Assembly: GCA_964016885.1 (NCBI GenBank)
Contig: OZ024755.1
Span: 186,001-250,000 of the forward strand
Reading direction: 5' to 3'
DNA length: 64,000 nt
From: Eledone cirrhosa
Taxonomy: Eukaryota
Part shown: positions 54,745 through 64,000 of the stretch, piece after piece
How the letters are laid out: every line of letters starts with the position of its first letter
Numbering within the stretch: the first letter of the stretch is position 1
Program-made: the position numbers and the translations under genes
The notes under the pieces: model-generated
What the model saw: only the letters and a program-made list of their open reading frames with translations
What the model was told of the DNA's origin: nothing
The model's database searches: none

Positions 54745-55035
54745 GTTGGCACACTGTCGGTTCTAACAATGAGTGTTTCAGTTGTTTGATCAATGGAATT
54801 GCCTGCTTGTGAAATTGACATGCAAGTGGCTGAGCATTCCACAAATGTACATACCCTTAATGCAATTCTCAGGGAGATTCAGCATGACACAATGTAATAA
54901 GGTTGTTGCTTGAGAATTACAGGTACAACTCACTTTTGACAGCTGAGCTAATTGGAGCAACATAAAATAAAGTATCTTGCTGAATGATATATGTTGCCAG
55001 TAATTGATCTTGCAATCACAAACCGAACACTCTAA
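54745..55035 (-). mobile_element. tRNA-derived SINE, third type
   Basis: Minus-strand head GTGGCTTTGTGGTTAGAGTGTTCGG; body GTGGAATGCTCAGCCACTTGCA also present at about 18200-18290 and 47350-47450. Confidence 0.6.
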
Positions 55036-55372
55036 CCACAAAGCCACACACCTTGACACACACACATATATATCATCATCACCGCTTAACGTCTGCTTTC
55101 CCTGATAGAAAGGGTTGGATGATCAGTAATGGTTGCATTTTTTAAGGGTATGTCAATATTTATTTATAAAACTGATCTATATTATATTTTATCTGATGAA
55201 AGCACACCATAATTTAACTTGGTGTCCTTGAAATATGTATAATGAAATAAATATGGTTTTATAAATATAGTTTCCATTTGTTAATATTGTATTTTTACTC
55301 CAAATATTTGTTGAGTGCTTTATATCAGTTATAAAAATATTTGCTTGTTGTATCCCAACAATTTAAATAGAA

Positions 55373-55418
<46 letters not shown>

Positions 55419-55479
55419 TGAAATGTAACTATAATTCTTTACATCTATATATTTATAGATTGATAGATAGATATAAAAC

Positions 55480-55511
<32 letters not shown>

Positions 55512-55527
55512 CTATATATATAATGGG

Positions 55528-56481
55528 CGACTGGTATATTGAATGTGCTCAGGCGCTCACAGTCCTCTGGCAAACGGACCCGGAGATCAGTGGAGACTCC
55601 ACTTCGACATTCTATAGAGGGTTGGTCCGCAGCAAGTGCGACGACACGCTCGGAGAAACTCTAGGCGTAGAGGAGGACGAACTAGCCAGTCTGTTCGGTA
55701 GGACATTCCGCCCGGGACCAATGGACAACTTCCAAAAGTCTCTTGCCTAGCAGTGCTACCGAGGAGCTCTACCAGTTTGAGACAAGCTCTACAGACATGA
55801 GCGCCCGGGTAGGGACCCTTCGAAAGAGATCTGTCCGAGATGCGTGCGCGACGAGGAAACCATCGCACACGCATTTGTACACTGCCCGGGCGTTACCGAC
55901 CTGTGGGGCTATGTAGAACGACTATTGTTGCGGGTGGGACCAATCCAGTTGACCACCGAGTCCATTGTCATGATCAAACCGCCACCCTCCTTCAAAAACG
56001 AGGGAGAGGCGGTTTTCCTATGTGTTATGGCTATGGTGAAAGAGGTTATATGGTGGACAAGGTTAAAAGGGCTGAGGTCAGACACCTTTCTCTCCGGTGA
56101 GCAACTGATTCGTTTTTTCAAATATCATTTTGGAAGAAGAATCAGGATGGAGAGAGAGGTGCTGTACCCCAGCAAATTTTATAAAAGGTGGGTGAATGTG
56201 GCAAAGATGGCCCGAGTGGTTGGGCCTTCTCTCTATATAAGCCTGTAGGTTGAGGAAAAAGAGGAAGAGAGGAAGGGAGTACTCACTCTTGGTGCTCCTG
56301 GAAATGAGGGTTGTACATTTTTTCGGGGTGTGTACAACCCCTGTGTAACACCTCCCCCCTATTGGGGATTTCAATTGTTATTTGTTATTGTATTAATAGT
56401 TTTATTTTCAAATACCTGTATGTAAACTCCCCATTTGTATTTGTCCCCTTCTTTTGCGCCCTTGTGGCTAATAAAGAAATT
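55528..56481 (+). mobile_element. Tx1/L1-clade LINE 3' fragment (zf-RVT CCHC knuckle) with 19-bp TSD
   Basis: LA(W)QCYRGALPV...CPRC.RDEETIAHAFVHCP; TSD TATCTATATATATAATGGG at 55509-55527 and 56482-56500. Confidence 0.85.
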
Positions 56482-56661
56482 TATCTATATATATAATGGG
56501 GATTTTCTTGGCTTCCAAATACTTAAATAAATATCTTTATTACTTTAAGGCGGTCAGAAATATATATTATATATATACTAGCGGAGTTGGGAATATAAAA
56601 AAATGATATTGGCATGTCTATACCATGAAAAATAAGAAGTTAAAAGTTATATATTTCTTAC

Positions 56662-56772
56662 TTGATGTATTTTTTCAGTTTCAGCTAACTTCTCTTCCCA
56701 GGTCTTTGTCATTTCTTTGATAAGTTTTTCAGATTCTTCAAGACGATCTTTCAGGTCAGGTGCTTTCATGCT
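56662..56772 (-). CDS. KIF13: KIF13-like exon, CC1 (SMKAPDLKDRLEESEKLIKEMTKTWEEKLAETEKIHQ)
   Basis: Manual translation resembles KIF13 LK.RLEESEKLI.EMT.TWEEKL..TE; TAG acceptor and GTAAG donor; 111 nt, phase 0-0; not in the ORF track. Confidence 0.95.
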
Positions 56773-57710
56773 CTAAATAAATAATAATAATAATAACAAC
56801 AACAACAACAGCAGCAGCAACAACAACAACAACAATAATAACAATAATAATAATAATAATCCTTTTTTTTTTTAAATTGAAAATGGAAAGAATAAGCAGA
56901 AGTCTGTCTGTTTATAATTCCTGCCATCTTTTAGTTTTTAAGTTCATATATATATATATATATTATTTTTTTCCAAAGACAAATAAGTTAGAATCAGCTG
57001 CACTGAAAGTCCTGTAGTTTTGGAAAGAAGGGTAAAACATGATTTCTTAGATGTCTCACAACAACAACAACAACATCATCATCATTGAGCCAATAAGGGA
57101 GGCTAATATGTCAGTTGTGAGGAACCATTTTAACCCATTTGATACCAATACATAATTGTTTCTACTTTTGGCACAAGGCCAGCAATTACCCAGTACATTA
57201 CTGTTACTTTATTTTATCGACCCCGTAAGGATGAAAGGCAAAGTCAACCTCGGCAGGATTTGAACTCAGATCGTAAAGGGACATAATTATGCTGAAAAGC
57301 ATGGCGTCCGACCCTCTACTGATACAGCCAATCCACCGCCAATACATAATGAAATGTTTTTAGATAAATATAAACACTTAAAAACAAACAGTATCGGGGG
57401 TCAGTTTTACAGTTTAGCATCAAAAGGATCAATATGCGTGTGTGTGCACACACACACGCATACTTATAACAAAATCAGTTTGTTGCATACCCCTCACCCA
57501 ACATTGTGATGAAACCATTAAATAATTTCACCTTAATTCCAAACTATGTTATTGACCAAAGTTGAAGCAGAACCTTATGGAACCAGTCCAATTATTGAGA
57601 AATTAGGGACAGTAAATTAGAACTATAAACTAAAGTAAAAGCATATCCTCAGCCCCTTAAACATCAAAGAATGGTCACTTTTGATGGCAACAAGTCTTCA
57701 GATCTCTTGT

Positions 57711-57724
57711 GTTGCCATGGTAAC
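57711..57724. promoter_or_regulatory. RFX X-box motif (candidate intronic enhancer)
   Basis: GTTGCCATGGTAAC fits the X-box consensus GTHNYY-AT-RRNAAC; function untested. Confidence 0.45.
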
Positions 57725-58675
57725 TGACATCAGATGACACCTGTATCAGTAGACGTATTAGGAACTTTATGACATATCGATATTGCTGTTTATTGTCAAC
57801 AGAAATTGGAATATACGAATAAATGTTGTGTATATATGAGGAGAGACAGGAGAAGATGAGAGAGACAAGGGAAAAGAATGGAAGTATATATATACAGAGA
57901 GAGGGAGAGGGAGAAGGAAAGAGAGAGTATAAGGATTAAATGAAAATCTTTTGGTTTGTCATTGAGAGAATGAGAGAGAGAAGTAGAAAGGAACAGAGGA
58001 GGTGATAAATAATAAACCCACAACCTACACATCTCCAAACTCGATATCAATTGATGAATGATGAATAGGAAAATCAATTCATATTTATAGAGAAGTGGTG
58101 GGTGGGAGGTTGCTTGTTGATATAATCGTGACATTTGTACAGGTGTGACAGTAGAAATTTACCTTTACTGAATAATATTAATATAGTCCAGAACAGTAGT
58201 TTGAAAGGGAGATAATATTAGAGTTAAATGGGCTTTTATAAACAACATAAGAAGAGAATGAATTAGAAGACCTAACAAAAGGAGCCTCGATGTGTTAACA
58301 CAACAGACTAAAAATCACAGCCAATTTGTTTCTTAAATCACACACTACCACCTTAACCCTTAAGTCATTACATTCTACTTCAATTACTTTATATACTCAA
58401 ATATGAGCTGACCCCCACCATTTTATGTCTGAGAAAATTATGATTTTAGATAAATATAATAAACAATTTAAAATAAACAGTTTTGTATGATAGAATCAGA
58501 GGATGTTTCAGGTGCTTTTAAAATGATTTTGTTTTATAGAACCAAAACCAGGTGTTGGGTCTGGAATAGTGTTATGGTGTGGGGTTGTACGCTGTGGAGC
58601 TGCCATGGCCTTTGTCTGGCTTTAAACTTTATTTTATCCATGTACATGATAAACAGGCATGTTTATCATGTACAT

Positions 58676-58948
58676 GTGAAGGCATGTGACCTAGTGGTAA
58701 GGGTGTTGGAGTTACGATCATAATGTCATGGGTTCGATTCCTGGTCTGGGTTGTGTGTTGTGTTCTTGAGCAAAACACTTCACTTCACATTGCTCTAGTA
58801 CTCTCAGCTGAAAATGAGTATCAGTAATAGCTGGGAGTTTAACCCTGTGGTGGACTGGTGTCCTGTCCAGGGGGAAGTCTTGTACTCTCAGTTGCATGGA
58901 AACCGGGATAAGCACCAGCATGCGGGGCTTGAGACAGACTTTAAACTT
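58676..58948 (+). mobile_element. tRNA-derived SINE, near full length
   Basis: A box TGACCTAGTGG, B box GGTTCGATTCC, central CTTGAGCAAAACACTT, tail GAGACAGACTTTAAAC; a related head at 31500-31625. Confidence 0.8.
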
Positions 58949-61041
58949 AGATGTGATAAACAATAGGAGTGATAGCACACAGTTGTCTTATCTCTTATCA
59001 CTTGGGACCAATTGAAGAGCGGCTTAGGGTCTGAACTGACCCTTTACAGTTGATATGATGTAGATTGCCCTGATGATGTCTAGGAGTGCCTCTTCTAGCT
59101 GTACAGTTCCAGATTCTCCCAGAGCTTCTTCCTGCCAATATTATCAAATATCAAACACTTTCTCTTAATCTATCAAGACAATATAGAGTTAGAATTAGGA
59201 TATTCTGCTATAACAAGTGATGACTGATGTCAGTCATCACCTTTAAAATTCGTAGCTAAAGGCTTTCAAATGTTTATTTATAAACATTGTATATTATTCG
59301 ATATACAACCTTCATATACAAATGTGGAGTTGTATTTAGTACTCACATGTTCTCACTCAGAGCTATCTAACACTACATTATCTAATATGTCCTTTCCATT
59401 TTTTTGTTTTGTTTTTATATAATGAGTTGAATTGTGGAATATTTGGCTGCTATATCTAGCAGGTTGAGTGACCATATAAGGCCCTATCATTATCTTGAGA
59501 TCATTCTTGTTGTTATTAATGTTCTTGTTCATTAAATTGTTATTGTTATTGTTGCTATATTCCTCTGATGGAAGATGGTAGCTTCTCTCACTGTAGCAGT
59601 TTGTTACTTCTGCCGTCATATGTAAAAACCAAGCCTACTTTGTCCGCAAACAATAACTAGAGTTCAAAATACATATCGCCCCCTCACCTCTATAATGTTG
59701 ATATTCCACAAAAACATATAGAAGATAAAAAGAAAAAAAGAAAAAAGAGATTATCTCCAACTACGAAATATATTATCAATGCAATGAAATAATAAAAAAA
59801 AACATATTTAATGGATGTAAAAATTTCGTTTTGCACGTCTCACTAATAATAATGATAAGACAGCTAAAACATGAATACTGAGTAGTAGTAGTAATAATAA
59901 TGATGATAATAATAATGATAATTATATTAATAATAGTAAGAATGGTAGTAGTAGTGGAAGCATTATTATTATTAGTAGTAGTAGTAGTGGTAGACTGAAT
60001 ACAAGAAATCTAGTTCTACAAAGGCAAGAAACACTATGTACATAAGACACACAATGTTGGGTTTGGTGCTGTGGGAGCCAAAATCACATAAAAAGGTGGG
60101 GAGAAGGCAATAAAACTGATGTTCTGTTAAGAATATAGATCCAACAAGTAAATATTGCTTGATCATGGAAATCTTTTGGAAAAAAACATTATTAACAAAA
60201 AAAAAAAAATGTTTTGGTCGTATCAGCTGCATGAGAAAACTGGAATGTACAGTTTCACGTGATTATATATGTATATATATACTTCAAATACAGATTCACC
60301 ATCATCGTACCATCCTCATCATTTTATCATCATTGATTGTACAGTGATATATTTCTTATTAATGTCTATTTCACAAAAGAAGGACAAAGTGAGTTGGCAG
60401 AGTTGTTAGAGTATTGGATAAAATACCTCCAGGTATAGTTGTTCCTATTCCGGTTCCCTAAGCTCTGAGTTCAAATCCTGCTGTGGTCCATTTTTGTCTT
60501 TCATTCTTTCAGGGTGGATTGGCAGACAGAGCTGATAGAAAACACCAGACATGATGGTGCTTTGTGGTATCTACTTCAGCCCTTTGCATTCCAAGTTCAC
60601 CTGGGACTTCACAGGTGCCAAGCTGTATCAGCCCTTGCCTATCTCTTTAACAATATCACAGGCATAGAAAGGGGAAATTTTATATGCATGAGTGACTGCT
60701 GGTCTTTCACACACACAAAAAAGAACTTGCTGAAGCTTGTGTCTTGGAGATGAACTTTCAGGTACAGGTCCATTATAACATGAGAATCTCCAGATATTTC
60801 AAGAACAGATTTACTCATGTAACAATAACTTGGTTTTCATTCCTATTCAGAATGGCTTCACTTAATCCCCAATTACCTAGGATATGGGGTATAAAATGCA
60901 CAAATTATTGTATTTATGCAATTACAAGCCTCTAAATAACTCATCAGCAAACTGTGGTCTGCAATGATGATGATGATGATGTTATACAGAAAATGTTGGG
61001 TTAATGTCGAATGTACCACAAATATAACAGAATTGCTTTAC

Positions 61042-61254
61042 CTGTGCTTCACTGAGTTGGTTACGTAACACAATAACTTCTTCTCGAAGTTCTCGAATGA
61101 TACGAGCATTGGGATCTTCATTTACCACAGCGTGGTTTATAATTCTCTTTGCACGGTCAGCATAACGTAAAGTGGAAAGTGTTTCCTCATAGTTATCAGC
61201 TGCTGGGCTTACGGTAGCTACCATCACAGTTTTGCTGTTGCCACCAAGGTTGTC
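61042..61254 (-). CDS. KIF13: KIF13-like exon: end of motor domain, neck linker and neck coil ([71 protein letters not shown])
   Basis: Overlaps ORF 60982..61227; kinesin-3 signature [24 protein letters not shown]; AG/GT boundaries; 213 nt, phase 0-0, in frame with the previous exon across a 137-bp intron. Confidence 0.97.
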
Positions 61255-61391
61255 CTGTAAACATATAATAATTCACATTAACACGGTCAATTAAATTTCT
61301 TTAAGGAAATGCTAACAATGTTTATATAATTTGAGGTAAAGAGAATGAAAAAAAAAATGAATAGAAGCAAAATCAATAAAATCTATGTTAC

Positions 61392-61503
61392 CTTTAGAAG
61401 CCATGTGAGGACAGAGTCTCGGTACGGCACAAATTTATTCTTGTTCTTCCCAGCAGCTTGGTCAGCTAAAGCTGATATAACTAAACCAAGTGTTGTTAAC
61501 GAT
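61392..61503 (-). CDS. KIF13: Kinesin-3 KIF13A/B (Khc-73)-like coding exon, motor domain ([37 protein letters not shown])
   Basis: Manual translation gives the kinesin SL..LG.VI.AL and VPYRDS.LT.LLK motifs; AG acceptor 61505-61504, GT donor 61391-61390; 112 nt, ends in phase 0. Upstream motor exons lie outside the window. Confidence 0.95.
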
Positions 61504-61669
61504 CTGGAAGAAGAAAACAGAGATATTTTAACTAATATGTAATTCTATAACATTATCAAATGTTTTTGTTTGTTTGTTTTAACTGACCATTAAAATAAAT
61601 GTAAAGTGGTTATGTGGGTGACATGACAAAAAGTACCCAGTCCAACCTGTAAAGTGGTCATATTGGTCA

Positions 61670-61860
61670 CTTCCACAGGACTACAACTTTCATTTGTTAG
61701 AAATCACCAGGAAAGTTTTTCCTACTGATTTCTTACAAATGAAACAGTTCTAGTCCTGTAGGAGTAATTTCTATAATAAAATGAATACACCCATATTGTA
61801 CTAATGTATTGAGTACCTTTTGTGACTGTGGTTGCCTCCCGATTTACATTAGGATACTAC
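61670..61860 (+). mobile_element. Degenerate copy of the hammerhead fold-back Penelope-like terminus
   Basis: ACAGGACTACAAC-TTTCATTTG...CAAATGAAACAGTTCTAGTCCTGTAG followed by TGTATTGAGTACC..CTGTGGTT, as at 21291-21505. Confidence 0.6.
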
Positions 61861-62665
61861 ATATATATATATGCTCAGTCATTGGACCCTAACACTCTAC
61901 TATCATAAGTATCGAGAACTCTGCTGAACAATGGTTGTACTAGTTTAAACTGGTAAAATCCTGATATATATATATAAAGTGTTTATGTGTTGACAAAAGA
62001 AATCAATTTTATATCATGACTACTTGTATGATTAAAGCTATCCAATCACTTAAATATAAGAGTACAGAACCAAATAATTGGATAAATAATTTGATTCTTA
62101 CACCTAACACTGTTTTTTAATAATTACATGAGACAATTTTTCTGTGATCAGAATTAGTAAAGTAATAACTGACTAAAGAACAAAGAAAACAACAGATAAC
62201 TATTAGAAAGAACATCCCACACATTCCTCTCATCCCTTGGGGCTGAGATAATATATGAACTTCTCTTTGTATTCTATATTTCTAGCCTATGTTCTGCACT
62301 TATCACAATGTTATTAAAAAGTTAATAAGATAAACCAGTATATACATCAGAAGAATTAATTCAAAAATGTTACTTCTTCATTATTTTCTCTATATTATTG
62401 AACAAATAGGAGAAAAAATGAAAAAAAAATATACATTAACCCTTTTGAAACCAAACCGCCCATGGTTCTACAATACAAAACTGTTCCCTTTAGTGTTCAA
62501 ACTGCCCGAAACCGGCCAAAATTATTTCCCCTTCATTTGTTCAAACCGCCTGAAACTGGCCGATAACACCTACACTAAAATATCGTTCTAAAAATAAACA
62601 AACCATCATCAAAATCTCGTCAATTCGAGGTTACTGCGAGATTAGGCCCTTACCATGAAAATTAA

Positions 62666-63553
62666 TCTATATATATAAAACTGTGGTTGTCTGTCTGTCT
62701 ATCGATTTTTGGCACACATCTCCTCTTAGAATCTCTCACGGAATTGCACCGAAATTGCTATACTTGTACATTGAGCCCTAGCGAAGACATCGGAAAAAAA
62801 TATTTCAAATTGACCCACCCTATGTGACGAAATCGAATATAATGTATCGATTTTTGAGCGTAAGTTATCAGTTATTTCCCTTTGTTCTGTTTACATTGAG
62901 CGTCTTACGTAAAAAATTACGCTGGCTTTCTCAGCGTTTAAAATGACATTAACACAATACACGAACAGTTGTCGAGCCAGCAAAATATTGACCTGCAAAA
63001 TTCATCAGTTCGAACACTAAGCTTCCGTTTTGCTTCATTTCCATTTAAAAGCATTTTAAAACAATATTTTTACTTGAAAACAAGTCTATTTAAAGACTAC
63101 GTAAAACAAGCAAATATTTCAGGCGTGCAGACAGACAGTCGTGCAGAGAGGTGATATAGGCGTGCAGACAGACAGTCGTGCAGAGAGGTGATATAGGCGT
63201 GCAGACAGACAGTCGTGCAGAGAGGTGATATAGGCGTGCAGACAGACATAACTGATAATTTGGTTACGCTAATGTTTTTCTCTGCGTTGCAGTGTTTACA
63301 TTTTCGATCTTTGTTAATAAATAACCAGTGCAGTTTTTATCCCCAGCATCCTCTTTTGTTATAACATTCGGGTTATCGTTATGTTTTCTTAACTTCATAA
63401 GGCATATTGTTGGTTGAGGGAATATTAATCAAAAACACCACATGCAAGTCTGCACAGTAGACATTACAGTTTTTAAGCCAAAAAAGAAACTTAACATTGT
63501 AACTTTAACACAGCTACTGAGCGACCCCGAGCAACGCCGGGCTTTACTGCTAG
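62666..63553 (+). mobile_element. Non-autonomous Helitron
   Basis: A|TCTATATATATAAAA 5' end, (GTCT)n, subterminal hairpin CCCG-AGCAACGC-CGGG, CTAG|T 3' end, no TSD. Confidence 0.85.
63121..63248. repeat. 37-bp tandem repeat, about 3.5 copies, inside the Helitron
   Basis: Unit AGGCGTGCAGACAGACAGTCGTGCAGAGAGGTGATAT. Confidence 0.92.
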
Positions 63554-63632
63554 TACTTAATATAGTGAAACAACTTAAAGCAACACGTGTTTTTTTAACG
63601 TTGAAAGTAGAACAGATTTTTTGTGTAGCAAC

Positions 63633-64000
63633 ATGGCTTGTGAAAGTAGCGATACCGACTTTGAAGGTTTTACACACGACGACATTCAGAATGAACAAGA
63701 AACAAAAGATAATATTAGTGATTTATCTTCAAATGTATCATACATGTACATTTCTGAAATTTCATCCGACGATAATTGTTGTTTTGAAAGTGAAAACGGA
63801 GATCTCCAGGACGCCACTGAAAATATTACAGCAACGTGGTTGAAAAATACCACACTAATATATGTTCCCGATTTTATTCAAAATACTGGTCCACAACACA
63901 CATTAGCTCCCGATGCTAAAGCACTGGATTATTTCTTTTTCTTTTTATCACAAACTTTCTTCGAAGTTGTGGCAGAAGAGATTAATCTATATTCCCAACA
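63633..64000 (+). CDS. piggyBac (PGBD4-like) transposase N-terminus, partial
   Basis: Manual translation: acidic MACESSDTDFEGF...W...PDFIQNTGPQHTLAPDAKALDYFFFFLSQTFFEVVAEEINLYSQ, matching F...GP...LDYF.LF....FE.IV.ETN.YA; no stop before the window end, so absent from the ORF track. Confidence 0.75.
   Translation, partial: MACESSDTDFEGFTHDDIQNEQETKDNISDLSSNVSYMYISEISSDDNCCFESENGDLQDATENITATWLKNTTLIYVPDFIQNTGPQHTLAPDAKALDYFFFFLSQTFFEVVAEEINLYSQ

Larger units (their letters stand above)
62440..64000 (+). mobile_element. piggyBac-family transposon, left end (runs off the window), interrupted by a Helitron
   Basis: TTAA at 62436-62439 then CCCTTTTGAAACC; transposase-like frame from 63633. Confidence 0.75.

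Noticed and set aside
58680-58750. tRNA gene
   Set aside because: A and B boxes run into a SINE body and no complete cloverleaf is evident.
59040-59240. Possible extra KIF13 exon or C/D snoRNA (GTGATGACTGA-TG-TCAGTCATCAC)
   Set aside because: The minus strand reads as a decayed RT relic (FDNIGRKKLWE..., DIIRAIY); the palindrome is only 24 bp.

Overview
AT-rich, microsatellite-dense animal DNA. The repeat complement (RTE LINEs with a PHD finger, tRNA SINEs, (TA)n seas) is typical of an octopus/coleoid cephalopod; this is an inference. The only host gene I can support is a kinesin-3 of the KIF13A/B (Khc-73) type on the minus strand. Four GT-AG exons (61392-61503, 61042-61254, 56662-56772, 44864-44998) encode the end of the motor domain, the neck coil, CC1 and the pre-FHA segment. 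I found no FHA exon, so 1-44863 appears to be one intron of more than 44 kb. The introns hold two RTE subfamilies (one young, with a ~710-codon open frame), a bipartite non-autonomous RTE, CR1/L2 and Tx1/L1 fragments, a piggyBac with an open transposase N-terminus plus its MITEs, a Helitron nested in it, mariner and hAT relics, SINEs and minisatellites. Most notable: (1) Penelope-type hammerhead ribozyme modules, several as fold-back palindromes in (TA)n; (2) a ~730-bp inverted repeat bracketing one in-frame KIF13 exon; (3) a LINE whose 5' end carries an exact 79-bp copy of nearby intron; (4) a twin-primed CR1/RTE chimera; (5) tandem pseudoknots in RTE 3' UTRs; (6) a perfect RFX X-box with neighbouring motifs. 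All calls were made by eye; no searches or folding programs were run.
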